A DNA stretch of 64,000 nt. Origin: Lingula anatina. Taxonomy: Eukaryota > Animalia > Brachiopoda. A program made the translations under genes and the position numbers. Position 1 is the stretch's first letter. Each line of letters starts with the position of its first letter. The notes below the pieces were generated by a model. That model had not been told where the DNA came from and did no database searches. It was given only the letters and a program-made list of their open reading frames with translations. Location: NCBI GenBank assembly GCA_051362555.1, contig CM120646.1:7750001-7814000 (forward strand), in the 5' to 3' direction. Shown here piece after piece: positions 28,701 to 42,247 of this stretch.

Positions 28701-31107
28701 AGTAATAGAAATAACTTTGATGACTGTTTCATTTCCAATTAGACAAAAACCCGGGGTCTGATCGAAGCACTGCTCCTCTTGAAGGCGGCGCAGTGGCAGG
28801 CATTGTAATAGCTGTGCTCATCATCGTTGCAATCATAGTGGGCGTGGTCGTGTTCCTCGTGAGGAGGAGGAGCGCGGAACCAAAGCAGCCTAAGGAGGAG
28901 CAGACAGGCGCAGAGAACCCAGCGGCCTCACAAACCGGTAAGTGGTGCTGATGGAATATTTTAACTGCACTGTTTGTGAAGTTATTTAATTAAATAATGT
29001 AGGTCTGACTGTGATGAGATATGTCTGGACTGCCCCGCACTTAACACGTCACCTTCTACTAAATGTTTCAAAATAGAATCAACCCTTGAACAGAGCTTTC
29101 GTGGGATCATTTTTGGTACCCGCTGATATTTCAAAATTAAGCGATTATTCACTGAAATTGCCTGTGAAATTTATGTGTATATATCCGGATTTATAAATTA
29201 TGTTACTTCTTTCAACTTTAAAAAGACATCCCTTTGCAGTCTCATTTTTTAAATCAATGGGTCTTTCTGCAACGATATCAGAACTGCATCTACACAAAAT
29301 GTTAACTTGTAATGCTGAAGCAGTGGAACTGCTCCTTAATCATAACAGCTATACCTTATAAATTATCAGCATCTTCAGCTTTCTAACCAGCAACAATCTG
29401 AAGTAAACGCGGAGAACATTTTTCGAAAGCTGTCTACAATTTCTATAACTTTAGGGAGCTCATCATACGTTCCATTACTTTTCAAAGTAAAAATTACAAG
29501 CATTATAACTTTACAAACATACCTTATGTGGTCAAAGAAGCGATATAGCACAGATAACAGCCTATCGAAGAATCTTAAAGGGATAATAACTCTTCGTTTT
29601 GGCCAAAAAATGAATTTTCCTGGAGTAAACAACAATTTTCCCATACTTACCAATGGTTAATGAATCCATTTTTACATTCAAAGTTAGTCCCTGTTTTTTT
29701 TCTAAAAAGTTTGGTTTTTTGTTAAAATCTCTTAAGAGATTATAACAGAGTACAGCCATCAATGGAGGCCACGTGGTCTGAAGACAAGCTCATATATCAG
29801 AATAATAGCTATAACTGCCGTTTTTGTGGTAAAACAGAATATATTATATTTCTATGAGTTGTTCACAATGTTTTTATTGTGAAATATTGATATCATATGA
29901 AGAGTTATTATCCCTTTAAGTAAAAGCAGCACGTTCTTTGAAAATAGATATTTTTAAAAGATTAAAGGTACATGTGACGTAAACGCTTACCCAACCATGC
30001 TTATCCATTGGTTCTTCTCCCTCAGATGTTCGTGGAGGAAACACAAACCCAGCTTATCCAGGTATCACATGCTCATCAGCATATTTATTTGCGGTTTAGT
30101 TTCCAATCAATCTGCTGATCGTAATATAATTATATGCTATTCAGTTTCGAAAATCTTTGGTTACGGGTTCCTTCTCTGCAGTTTATTTTGGTTTACGACC
30201 GGTTGTAAGCATAAGTGTGACGAGTAGCTACGTACAGGGGTCCATCGACAGATTGAGTCTGTTCGTCCCACTTATATAGCTTACAACCTGCGTATTTTCC
30301 CTTTGCTGATAGGCTCGTTTTAATGACATTGTGCACGTACAGATTTGACTTGATTTTTGGTTATGGGTTTGCATTTTATTAACTTTCTTTAACTTTTACA
30401 AATTTTTGAATCTGTTACTAATATAAATATGGTTGCATTATAGAATCCACCCTTTTTTATCTTAGTATTTCTTAGAAATGCATCTTTTTAGACAGTATGT
30501 TCATTTGTAGTACAACACAACACAAGAATTTTCTGGACTCTGTATATTCATCGCACTAACATGCCTATAAAGCTAGCACCAACAATTTGACACGTAATCA
30601 AAAGAAGAGATTATTTACAATAGAAGTGCGTGTCACTTGCTTTACGTCTGTGCCTAAATTACATTACATGTCACGTACTTGAGCACACACCAAATCAATA
30701 AATGATAGGCAGAAGAATGGCAAATACTGTGCTTTTTATTAGAATATTCACTGTTCGTCTAATAATTATTGATATTTTGATAATAAGAAGTGTTTGAAAA
30801 TCATGTTTTTTAAATGTATTTTGATCAAAGATATATGTTTTAAAATCACATGAACGGGCACAGCATTCGAGATGGTACGCTAGAGAATAGCCTAATTATT
30901 CTTTTTAAGTATCGATATGCATTTTTCCTTCAGACCAAAGAGACGAGAAACCCCCAATTGAGGAATACAAACCTGAACCAACAACGTAAGTACTTTTTTT
31001 CCAAATTTTCCTATGAGCATATTAAACTATGAGCATTTAAATGAGCATATTGAAACGGGAGTTAATAATTATTAAGAAGAATTTTTTTATTTATCTGTAG
31101 GGTGTAA
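20127..31107 (+). CDS. R1: type-I membrane IgSF protein (V-set + C-type Ig, stalk, TM, NPxY and PDZ-type tail), CTX/JAM/nectin-like architecture, 359 aa
   Basis: Exons, all GT-AG and in frame, total 1080 nt: 20127-20187 leader MKGFLVAICILCCYSTRLAT; 26441-26815 V; 27550-27861 C; 28191-28232 APSTTITVTTTNST; 28743-28937 TM GGAVAGIVIAVLIIVAIIVGVVVFLV-RRR; 30026-30061 DVRGGNTNPAYP; 30934-30985 DQRDEKPPIEEYKPEPT; 31101-31107 TV-stop. The leader link across a 6.25-kb intron is the least certain part. Confidence 0.85.
20775..20866. mobile_element. Short palindromic MITE remnant
   Basis: TTACGAAAAAAAGTCCTAT...ATAGGACTTTTTCGTAA inverted ends with internal repeated GGATCCTATA-like units. Confidence 0.5.
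22707..22784. repeat. Compound (CT)n(CA)n microsatellite
   Basis: Directly visible. It produces the SLSL/THTH and RERE/CVCV ORFs. Confidence 0.95.
25201..25316. repeat. Tandem duplication, 64-bp period
   Basis: AAACATATCTATCGAAATAATTCCATTTTCTACTTTAAAGCGTAAAAACTT occurs at 25201 and 25265. Confidence 0.9.
26441..26815 (+). CDS. R1 V-set Ig exon
   Basis: 375 nt, phase 1-1. B-strand Cys (LVCSY) and FTLTI...DEGSYRC V-set signature. Confidence 0.93.
27550..27861 (+). CDS. R1 C-type (CD80/nectin-like) Ig exon
   Basis: 312 nt, phase 1-1. CSSDGGRPEPEIKW...VICQLLH. Confidence 0.92.
28743..28937 (+). CDS. R1 transmembrane exon
   Basis: Not in the ORF track. Acceptor ttag and donor G/gtaagt. Long hydrophobic run with GAVAG (GxxxG) followed by an RRR stop-transfer. 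Confidence 0.9.
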
Positions 31108-31904
31108 AAGCATCATGTCCTCAACGCCATAACTTGTGATAAAGAGATCAGCAGTGACTTTATACAAAGACAGTAGGACCTGCCCGGCAAAGACCATTGT
31201 GGACATTATGATGTCACACGTGACGTCATAACGTCCCCATAGCAACAGAGTGGGTTGTGAATGAGTAAGCCTCGACGAGTTTTCCTCCAGTCTAACGTCT
31301 GTTGGGGTGAACTAAACTGTAGTTGCTTCTTTACATTCTGAAGATTTCCCGGCAAGGGGGAAGATCATTTTGAAGATGTGTATTGCTCAATCACAAGTGT
31401 GTAAATTACAAAAACGGAGGAGCAGATTTAGAATGATTTTTAACGGATTTTCTACTTCTTGCATCGTCATGACAGCGGCAACGGAAGGCTACAGAATGTA
31501 AATTGAGCACTGGGAAAAAACTGCCAATTGTAATTTTATATTGAAAGAAACAACAGGTCGTTTTGTCAAGTTTAATTTTTTCAATATGACATAAGAATTC
31601 GTTTGTCTATCGTTGCAGTTGTTTGAGTAGCTATATTGTTTAATTTGTTGGTTACAAATTAGGTATGTTTTTTTGAGTTAGACGTCAAAGACGCTAGTTT
31701 TAAATGTTTCAATCTCTGGGGATAGTTATTAAGATGGAGAAAAATCTGCTTTGTTACATACATTCCATTCAAGCCCATTTATGTCTTTTTATTAGTAAGA
31801 AAGGAGTGTGACATGGAGATGCGATGCCCCTACCGGTCCCTTTTAGGACCGTGTCTATTTTTTGTGAAATTATTGTATAGAGAGAAAAGAACCAGATGTC
31901 CGAG

Positions 31905-31961
<57 letters not shown>

Positions 31962-32884
31962 ACAAGTTGAACGCCTGGACGATGTAAATGTGACTGTATG
32001 ATTATTTGTCTGATTGACTTGCAAGAATATTTTGGTAAGGAACGTGCCATTTCTGATGTATAATATTTTATAATAGATAATATTTCTGTTTACAGTTATA
32101 GAAAAAAAGATAAGCGATAAAGAAAACGTATTGGCGTGTATGTTATTAAATAATTTCTAACCAGCAATGTCTTATATTTCTAGGCCGAAAATGTTTTGTT
32201 ACATACTCCTTTTATTTTCATGCATATATTTTGGCTTGAGGTTTGGTAGTGTGATTTTTTCCCTCCATCTTAGTTCACTTTTTAAGTTGAATGATTTTGT
32301 CACATAAACATCTTATATTACATTTATGCTATGGCTAACTTGCATTCAAAAGCATAGGTTGTTTATAAACCAGCATTAACGTGTAAAAACTGTAAAAATG
32401 GTCTAAATTGTTAAGTGGTCATCACACATGTAAATACCTCATGTGATGAGGGTATTGCCAATATAAATCTAGAAATGAAGAGGCAGTAATTAAAGTGGCG
32501 TATTTAACTCGATACGTAAGTTAAGCAATGATACACGGTTGAAATATGCGAGGATTGTTTGTATCTCGCCATAGCTGTTAGTCACCTTAATTCCTGGTTC
32601 CTCTGTGTCAGACAGATATTAATAATGAAAAGAGAACATAATCCTATGTTTAGTATACACATCATTATTCAAGACCTACTGGGGTTTGCTGGATTGGAGA
32701 GTTTCACAATAATCACTTAATTATGCAATCATAACTTGGATCAATGTACTTTGGTTTATTAGCAGAATTTCTAATCATATATGTTACTACTATAGGGGCC
32801 TACATGATTATAAATACATTGCCTACTTTGCCTGTGAAAGTTCAAACTGACCTGACCACCCCGCTTTCTGCATTAGTAAACTTA

Positions 32885-33456
32885 GAGCGCATTCTCAACG
32901 AATTAAGCCAGGCTTTACAAAGCCGGTGACCTAAAAATGGCGGACGTACATGAAAGAAAAACCGCCTAATCTTTTAATAGTCTCTCCGCCTCTCACACGC
33001 CTCCCCACACGTCGTCCCTGCGGGGTACAGTAATTAAATCTCGGCTCCGAACATTAATATTTATATTAATATTAATTAATATTAATATTTAGTGAATATC
33101 TCTGGTGATATTATCTCCTTAGATAGTCGATTCATTGCTGCTCTACGGGCCAAATTATTCCTTTTTCGTCTCTGTTTTCAAAGATAATAGAACAGAAGAG
33201 CTTTTTTTTTGGATCGCCTTCAGCCGCTATGCCTTCTTCACCACGAGTTTAACTGATGAGCATGCGCACTTAATATTTCTCAGGTAGCTTCCGCATGGCG
33301 AACGGAGCCGAGATTTAATTACTGTACCCCGCAGGGACGACGTGTGGGGAGGCGGAGAGACTATTAAAAGATTAGGCGGTTTTTCTTTCATGTACGTCCG
33401 CCATTTTTAGGTCACCGGCTTTGTAAAGCCTGGCTTAATTCGTTGAGAATGCACTC
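32885..33456. mobile_element. PIF/Harbinger-type MITE with long TIRs
   Basis: Near-perfect ~155-165-bp TIRs starting GAGCGCATTCTCAACG / ending CGTTGAGAATGCACTC. 3-bp TSD TTA (32882-32884, 33457-33459). Confidence 0.88.
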
Positions 33457-35680
33457 TTAGGTACCAGTCCCAGTCGCCCGAATTTGCTTGCAGAGTCCGT
33501 AGTTTCATACTGCCTATCCCGATGTGACATTCCCAATTAATTTTTGAGTGATTTTTATTGTGATGTCTACTTTGTATACATAATTATAACATTATACTTT
33601 CAATTGAAAGAAATTATTAGTTTTTGTACGAATTGTGATTAGGTAGCTATTGTTATTAAATATTTGTAAAAAATAACATTATTGTTTTGATGTTCATATA
33701 CATGTACTCCTGGGTTTGGGGCTATGTGTTAATATAGGGGCCATGGAGAGTGTCTTAGTAAAAAAAATTAGGACACAAAATTTTCATATCTTTTTATAAT
33801 GATTCAGTTTCTAAGTGTAATGTTAACACAATTAACGCCACCAATTGTCTCATTTACAACATTTTAAAAATTCCAGCTTTTAAATCTCTGCTTATAAGCT
33901 CTATAGGGCATCCAAAATGTCAAAGGACTTTACAATACATATTTCAGAAATATCAAATTAAAACAAATTAAGTAATTCAGACGCAATAACTGTCTTATTA
34001 AAATAACTTCCACTTAATGACGTACAAGTAAAGAATTCAAATACAATATCTAATTTTAAATGCTACGATAAGAAGACACTTGAATTATCATAAGCAAAAC
34101 GGGAATTTGTTATCTGTGATGTGGGGGTTTATTTAAAACTGCCCAGTTCCTTACCCGTACTTATAGAAAATCTGGTAAAACCGTAAAATTTTCCACATCT
34201 TTGAACAAAGGTCGTTTATGCCCGTTCATCAATTCTAAGACAGACGGCTATATAGCACTACAAAACAATCCTTGTAATCGACGACGTGATATATGTTATC
34301 TTAAAGGTTAGAAATCATGGTAAAACAATGTCAAATATTTAGCTGATGATCCGGGGGACAAATACACTGTATTCACTACATACTGAGTTAAGGACAAATA
34401 CTCCGTTAGTAAAAAACTATAGACAAATACTTCGTCAGCCAGAATCAGCTCAAAACCCCTTTGTACAATGTTGAATTTAAACCACTGTTATATAATACCC
34501 TGTTTAGTTTCAAACAAAGCATGGTCATTTTGCATGATAACGTCATATCAACAGTTTGAGGTGAAAGTGTTAGTTTCGGTTTCTTGATTGATTCACCTAA
34601 GCTCATATCATATAAATCCCAACTGTCAGTAGGGCTGCGTGTGAGTATACATCCAACAGGTGACCGATTTTCTTTCCATTGCCCCCTGTAAATTTCCTTT
34701 TTTAATTTTTGTATGAATATTTCTTATTGTGATAAAACTAATGATGATTAATCCTTTTAAAAAGAAATATATCAAAACAAATGCTACAGTCAAGATAAAA
34801 ATCCAAGCTAGCCATATCTCTACAAAGGCAAGGAGAACACACCAAGGAGAATCCAATTAATTACATTGTTATTATAACAACCTATGGATGAATACACCTT
34901 TTATTTATTATATTGTTTATTGGCGATTAAAATTTTTCTTACAGAATGTTATTCTGTTTGTTAGCCCTAATTCACTTTGACAAAAAATTATAATTGATCT
35001 TCAACCTTACATTCTAAAACAGAGCCATTAGTTGACCAAGTTATAAGTATTGGTGATTGATGCCAATCAGCCTGGTAGATGTGCCATGTCATTACTAGAG
35101 AGTTAACCTTAGTTTCTGACACCCAGCTGATATGATATCTTAATTCAATATTATACAATATTAAAATATTTTTGATCGCAATCATTCATTTACTGGAGTT
35201 ACATATGTAAAAAGCACAAATCTTTATTTATATACAACCATAATACTACTATACAGCGTGAGTCTACAACCATAATACTACTATCCAATGTGAGGTTCAA
35301 GATTACCAAACCTGTGCATTTCTAAATAATTTCCTACTATAAAAGGGGTTAATATTTAGCCCTTAGACGTGAATTCATTTATTATTCAATACACTCACTC
35401 CAGCAGTATAGCTGTAAAACTGAGTAGCCTAGGGATTATCCTCGGGCAGTTAGGTGCTATTAGAGGCACACGTTAAGAGGTTCCTGACTATAACACAACG
35501 ATAACACTGCCACAAAATGTGGAGTTCAAGATCACTAAATCTGCTCACTTCTAGATTATTCCCTATATTAGGGTTAAATCCTTCTTTCCTAAGACATATA
35601 ATCTAATACACTCACTCACTTGGCCACTTTTGAATTGTCTAGGCTGGGGATCATCCTAGGAAACCTCAATGTAATTATAG

Positions 35681-36045
35681 TCACCAATAACATTTGGGGC
35701 TTTGGACGGCAATTGATTCCATATATTGCCCATCTAGACGGTTATCCCGCCGAAGTTCTTGGTAACTATTCGCCAGTGCAGTATCGTCGAAATCCATATT
35801 GACCCCATCAAAACCAGAGGAATGATATGTCGATCGCTGTGTAGACACCTGGTAAAATGGACTGCTGATGTTGTTTGAGTGTTCTGTTACATTGTTTGTA
35901 ATAACAGTGGCATGTTGCTGTTCAGATGCTTGTGATTCGAGTCTCCTGGACAATGACCGAATGCGGAATACAAGGTATGCAATTATGCAAAAAAGACACA
36001 TTGCTAACACGATCAAAACGATCGATACGGTTCTCCAAGCATTGC
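35681..36045 (-). CDS. R3 TM + cytoplasmic terminal exon (single intact YxxL)
   Basis: Acceptor tattacag, phase 1. Reads GNAWRTVSIVLIVLAMCLFCIIAYLVF-RIR...NSYQELRRDNRLDGQYMESIAVQSPKCYW-stop. Clear paralogue of 57547-57923. Confidence 0.85.
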
Positions 36046-37346
36046 CTGTAATACAAAAGATATTATTTAATAGGTAGTCGCGTTGAATCTTTTCTGGCTT
36101 TTGTTAACTGAAATTTAATATATAGGTCGTTTAACCGTAAACTATGTACCCATGGAATGCCCAGTAATCTATCACATGCACGTTTAATTTATAAGGATAA
36201 AACCACAACATACATTTGTTAACCGTATAGATGTGGTGAAGAAAAGTAGCGCCGAAAAATACAGGGCTCCATAACTCGACAAAATCGCAAACTGCGACCG
36301 AGCGCAGGCATGGCGATTTGTCGCTATTCTATAATTCGAAAGCACGGCAGTTTGCCGCCGAACAATAATAGCAATATCACAGTTTTGAAGCTATTATTTG
36401 AAACAAGTAAATCCTGCCTTTGCGCTAGCATAATTTTTCATTTCATAGCGTCTTTATAGTGTCTGTAATTAAACATGACGGCAAGGTTTGATCGCTTGTC
36501 GTGAAAGCATTTATCAAAGCATGGAAGTTTATAAAAGATTGAGTCACCCGGTATCTCTGATACAAAAAAAACTTTCACGTAAAGAATGCTATGCACATAG
36601 AATATCATTACATCAAAGACCAAAACAATTACTGGTGAACATTTTATAAAGTCATTTTTATGCATAAAGATTTCAAAATTTAACATTTTACATATTATTT
36701 GATATATATTTTCTGTAGTCTATAAGTAATAATGGTAAGTTTAAGTTTCATTTTCTACACTAAATGAAGCAGAAACAAAGCATTTAGTCACACTTTTATC
36801 TTCTTCAGTGTGTATTATTATGAGAATGAACACCACTTACCACTGTATCAGAAATTGTAACAGTCCAGTATTGCAAGCGCGTTCAGCTTATTTATTTATT
36901 TATTTATTTATTTAGTTATTTAGTTATTTTGGCATTTTATTGGTTTCAGACACTTGTAATATTAATATTTGTAATTGTGATATTCCTATAAATCAAAACA
37001 ATCTCATGATTAGCCTGATCATCAAATGGAATTATACTATGTGTAATTGTGTTATCAGGTCTTCACTTTATGCTGCAATCGAACTTAAGTAGTGTTCGCG
37101 GCTGTTATTGTACTTCCGGACAAGCAAATATTGCGCTGCGTTTGCTTAGGCTTCAAGTTAGCAGGTGGGTGCAATCACCATTGCTTGCGTGTCGTCACAA
37201 TTTTCGATGTTTCCGAGTTATATAGCCCAGATCATCAAGTAGAATTTCACGATCGGTTACTGAGTCTACTGAGTAATGTGTACCTCAGTTTGTGTTCAGT
37301 ACTGCTCTTGGTTTAATAAGTGCTGTTTCAGGAGACACTGCGAATG

Positions 37347-38312
37347 CAGGGGCGTAACCAGACCTTTAAAAATTGTACGCACAGATTTTTAAAATACCCA
37401 GCATGTACAGCAAAATGTAGACTAACGCAACAGATGAAAGACAGCTTAATCACAGCATATGTACCACACATCGTAGCTTAATTTCCATTAAAAATAAAAT
37501 CATCATTTAAGTCAAAAATATTCTCGCGATTTTATAAAGTTTCAATATTTTCATTTACCCAGAACGGTATATTCATTTAAAAGGAGGCTAACTTCGCAAC
37601 AGCGGACCTCCCTCCCCTCTTCGAATAATGCTGGATCCTCCTCTGAGTTGAATTTATATACGGTTTCATCCAGCTTTCATGCGGGTGCATGGCTCCCAAA
37701 AACAACCAATTATATGACACAATAGAGCTTTGATACATCTAAGTTTAAATATTTGTTTGTGAAAATTGCCCATGTCACCCTGTTAGTTTGGAGGGCTAAG
37801 CTGGATCAAGTCCGTGTGAAATTCTTTGAAGCTTTGCAGGAAAAATTCTTCCTTTGTTTCTCTAGCTCCTTATTAAACCTTGTGTCCAGATTTTAACTAG
37901 TGCCCCCAGGTCTACGGGAGCTGCTCTTTGAAAATAGCACACAGGTAGATTTTACCTGAGATTAATATCACCAGCGAGAGTGCGTTCGTTACTCTCATGA
38001 CTACTGGAGAGTTGAAGGCCACTTAACCCTCCAATTAAGAGGTAAAGGATGTTCCAGTTAGATGGACGATTACGATAGGACTTGTAAAGGTAACAGGCAT
38101 TGTTTACCTCAGTTGAATAAAAGTATGCAAGACGGGGGGTCAGAACAATTGTGCGTATACAGAGGATTTGTACATACCGGTGACTTTAATTCGCAGTGGA
38201 TTTTCGATATATATTCCGTGAAAAATACACTAAATTTATATAAAATAATATCATGGTTGGCCAAAAAATTGTACGCACAGTGCATCCGTGCGTATGCCTA
38301 GTTACGCCCATG
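37347..38312. mobile_element. Non-autonomous TIR element with 5-bp TSD (hAT5-like)
   Basis: TIRs CAGGGGCGTAACCAG and revcomp CATGGGCGTAACTAG. TSD GAATG (37342-37346, 38313-38317). Empty site visible in the paralogous intron at ~58455. Confidence 0.85.
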
Positions 38313-38593
38313 GAATGTTATAGAGAACTATCACTGACGATGACTGATCTGCATTACGTGATAGATACAATACGAGTCGTCGAGCTGTGCGTGAAATATT
38401 ACGAGTGTATGGTCGAGCCGCAGGCGAGTCTATACACGAGTAATTTTCACTAACAGTTCGGCGACGAGTGTTGTATCTGGCTTAAAACCACGACCTCTGA
38501 TTGGCTACTACACTAGTTAGAAACGGGAATATAACAGGCCGTGAAACGCTCTTGTACATGGCGTTTGTATGTCGAATACAGCACGGTCGAATC

Positions 38594-39561
38594 TCAGGCC
38601 TTCCCAACTACCAGACTCGGCACCTACGGGTCCAGTATAAACCGGTTTATCAGACCACACTACCCGTTTTCAAGGTGTGTGTCAGATCGCATTACAGAGT
38701 ATCAGCCACCACACCGATTTTGCCTGGTGCGCGATGTGATAGCAATGATCCTAAGCGGGGTTGGAAAGTAGTGCATCTCATCTAGATTCATGCGCTGCTG
38801 CAATTTTCTCTGTTTATGCTAAAATCTGACAGTACCGCACTTTTTAACATAAAATTTAGGTTCGGACATAGCCAATGATGTTTTGTAAATAAGAACTTGC
38901 AAACTTATATATTAATTTAGAAAAGTAGACCTAATTTTGATAGCAGAAGCATATTCTGTCGGGGGTTAAATATTTTCGTGACTACCGGGATGGACGAGAT
39001 TGAGGGCAGGGGTAATCCTAGAGAGGGGTGAGAAACGTCCATTGTTCTCGTCAGCGAGGCTGTCCTTTTTCAGGGTTTGTACGCACGGACAGAAAACTTA
39101 AGTATTGTGGGAACGTTACTAATGAAGCCACTGGTATAGTACTAGTAGATATCAGCCTGTAGCCTTGAACAAGCGCCTCGATGACGAGTGAACAGTTGTC
39201 AAAAACAAAAGACCCAGGTGTGGTAGTTCAACTACTGTTGATGCGTGCCGCAACGACCAAATCTAATTGCTCCTCAAGGTCACAAAACAATAACCGGTAC
39301 TGACGGCTAGGCTCGTCTTAATCATATAAGTAGCGCGTTTCCACCCCCTGATTGAGGGAGTCGTCTGTTGTATTCATGCGACTCCTACTTGACGAAAACG
39401 AGGCGCGATACCCGGATGACAGGTAGGCTTACAGAATTTGTGATAGGGTATGATACTCTTTTATGCGATCTGACACTCACCTTGAAAACGGGTAGTGTGG
39501 TCAGATATACCGGTTTATTCTGGACCCGTAGGTGCCGAGTCTGGTAGTTGGGAAGGCCTGA
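38594..39561. repeat. ~110-bp inverted repeat pair inside an insertion absent from the R2 intron
   Basis: TCAGGCCTTCCCAACTACCAGACTCGGCACCTACGGGTCCAG... at 38594-38703 and its reverse complement at ~39451-39561. Confidence 0.8.
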
Positions 39562-39901
39562 ATCTTTTGTTCTACGCGCTAGCTTTGGTTTAAATTTGGA
39601 TGTTTTGGTGGAATTTATACCTGCATCCATATGTCTATGTCAGGTAAAGCGTGACAATTGAATTAAGCCAACGATCGAGTAATTAATGATTGTGTAGAAA
39701 AGATTTATCAACAATTTACTTCGAATTGCACCTACCTAGCGCATTTGTAGATTTTGCTGTGCTGTAAGTTGAGGGAGCTGAAAAAAACAAAGAGGCACTA
39801 ATTTTTCAACGGATAACTTGCCTAGAGAAAAGTAATTGTTACCATACCTCATGGGTAGCCTTGACTACCCCCGTGCGAAGAGAAATGATTCAAAATGTGA
39901 A

Positions 39902-40383
39902 CCCAGCAGGCATAGTTGCGTTGGATCAACGTTAAAAACAGGTTGATACGTTGAATTGCCGTTGATCTACCAAAATTCAACGTCAAATCAACGTTGATCC
40001 AGCCACGTCGAAACACCGTCATAATGTGACGTTGACTCAACGTTGTATTTTGGTGATTGACACAACCTTGCAGACATGGATTATATTTTAAAATATTAAT
40101 TGTTAAAAACGTGATACTTTGTGTATCAATACTGTAACTAACTTTATCAATATAATCCAAAAAAGTGTTAAAAGTAAAAGTGACAGTTGTTTTGTGTCTT
40201 TAGTGAACTAGTGAAATTTCTTAACTTGTTATTCAGAAAAACATTCCAATAAACTGAATTCCTTGCAAGGTCAGCTAACACTAGGATGAATAAGTTGCTG
40301 TAAATGTGATGGAGTGAATTAATAAAGTTAACAATTCTTGGTAACCTGTTATACATAGACAGGTTGAGGTGACTGTGACTTTG

Positions 40384-40434
<51 letters not shown>

Positions 40435-41849
40435 TCTAAACCTTGGAAATTTTAACTTAAAGGCCATACTTTTATACCCTACCCTCAGGTCATTTCAATG
40501 TCTTTTCATGCAAGAATAACAACTGGGGTTGATACAATGTTGTTATGTGACGTTGATACAACGTTGTTATCTGAGGTTGAGTCAACTTTCAAATCCAATG
40601 TTTATCCAACGTCTTATCAACGTTATGAGTGAACGTTGTTTCAATGTTAAAACAACATATTTTGCCCGCTGGGTTTGGACTTAAGAAGAACAGTTTGTTA
40701 AAAATTTGAGTCACAGTTCAAATAACTGGTTAATTATTTCAAACCAAATCAAAACTAAACCAAAAGTGGAATAAAACTCTGGTTCTACGTGCAGGGAATG
40801 ATTCACGAGTAGGTGAAAGTGTCATTTACAGAGGAAAGGAAAGTTTGGCGTAGTCAAACGACATTTTATGGCGACAACAATCTCCAGAGCTTAATTACGC
40901 ACATGTGCATTCTGCACATGCTCAATTGTGCCCTAGAGGGGTAATCTCCATTGAGGCACATGTTGCTACTTATACCATGGGGCATCACTGCCTGGCCTCA
41001 TTCTGCTTGATTCATTCTGTTCACGGGCATGATACAATTAAGCTACAAGTTATCTCAAATCTTCAACTGAAATCTTCAGTTCAAAAAATTTCATTTTACC
41101 TCTATGAGAACTTTCCAGCAGTTCACTTGATCTGTTGAAGCGTACAGTGACAGATTCTGCACAACTTCAAGCAAGGATCAACAGTACAATTGCCGACTGT
41201 TACATGATTGCGGTAAGTTTTATTTTCTCTAGCGATTTAGCAGTTGCTGTTGACAAAACGTTTTCTATCCAGGAGTTTCTTGTTTGCTCCGATGGCGGTC
41301 ACTGTGACTGCATAAAGAAATTAAGGGTCCTTGCGTGTAGAATCTCCAGTCACCTGATGACATAGGCGGACGCAATGTCCCGAAATTTATTGGATATCAC
41401 ATGGTCACCTGCTATGCCGATTCAGTTACCTACTTTTAGTTTCCCACTTCTATCATATTCCTTGTCAGACGTTTCACTGTTCAGGGCAGATACCTTAGCA
41501 AGGTAGAGTATGCCCAGTCTGACCTGCACATCGTTATAAACCAGCTTAATCCAAAAAATCAACCCTCCTTTCCTCATCAACTATTCGTTTTTGTTATCAC
41601 TGAAGTTACCATTTATACCTACTGTTTACTTATCATTGTTTTAACGTTGAAACAACAGTTGTGTCAACCTCAGATAACAACGTTGTATCAACGTCAGAAA
41701 ACAATGTTATATCAACTCCACCCAGCGGGACATTAGCATGGATGTGTTTAGCAGTAGGACATGTTTGATGGCTAAATATATGTAGGGTATAAATGTATGG
41801 CCTTTAAGTTAGAATTTACAAGATTTATATTAATATATATAGTTATTTT

Positions 41850-41916
<67 letters not shown>

Positions 41917-42102
41917 CAAAGTCACAGACACCTCAATCTGTCAATCTATAACAGGTTACCAAGAACTGTTAATTCCATCACATTTACAGCAACTTATTCA
42001 TCCTAGTGTTAGCTGATTTTACGTTGAATTTAGGTAGATCAACGGTAATTCAATGCATCAACCTGTTTTCAACGTTGATCCAACGCAACTATGCCTGCTG
42101 GG
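39902..42102. mobile_element. 2.2-kb element with long imperfect inverted arms (CMC/EnSpm-like)
   Basis: Termini CCCAGCAGGCATAGTTGCGTTGGATCAACGTT in inverted orientation, AA on both flanks. Arms ~39902-40660 and ~41635-42102 each carry a (TA)n tract and AACGTT-rich subrepeats. Approximate empty site in the paralogous intron at ~58895. Confidence 0.75.
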
Positions 42103-42135
42103 AATAAAAGCTTCTACGCCTCTATAATTCTCATA

Positions 42136-42247
42136 GAAGGGGAAATTTTGAACGTTGCCTCCAGCACAGGATTCTAGGATTGATTGTTGCCATAAAGTGG
42201 GCACCTAGAATCCTGTGCTGGAGGAAAATTTCAAACATTCCCCTTCT
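42136..42247. mobile_element. Small hairpin MITE
   Basis: AGAAGGGGAA...CCTCCAGCACAGGATTCTAGG [spacer] CCTAGAATCCTGTGCTGGAGG...TTCCCCTTCT. Confidence 0.65.
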
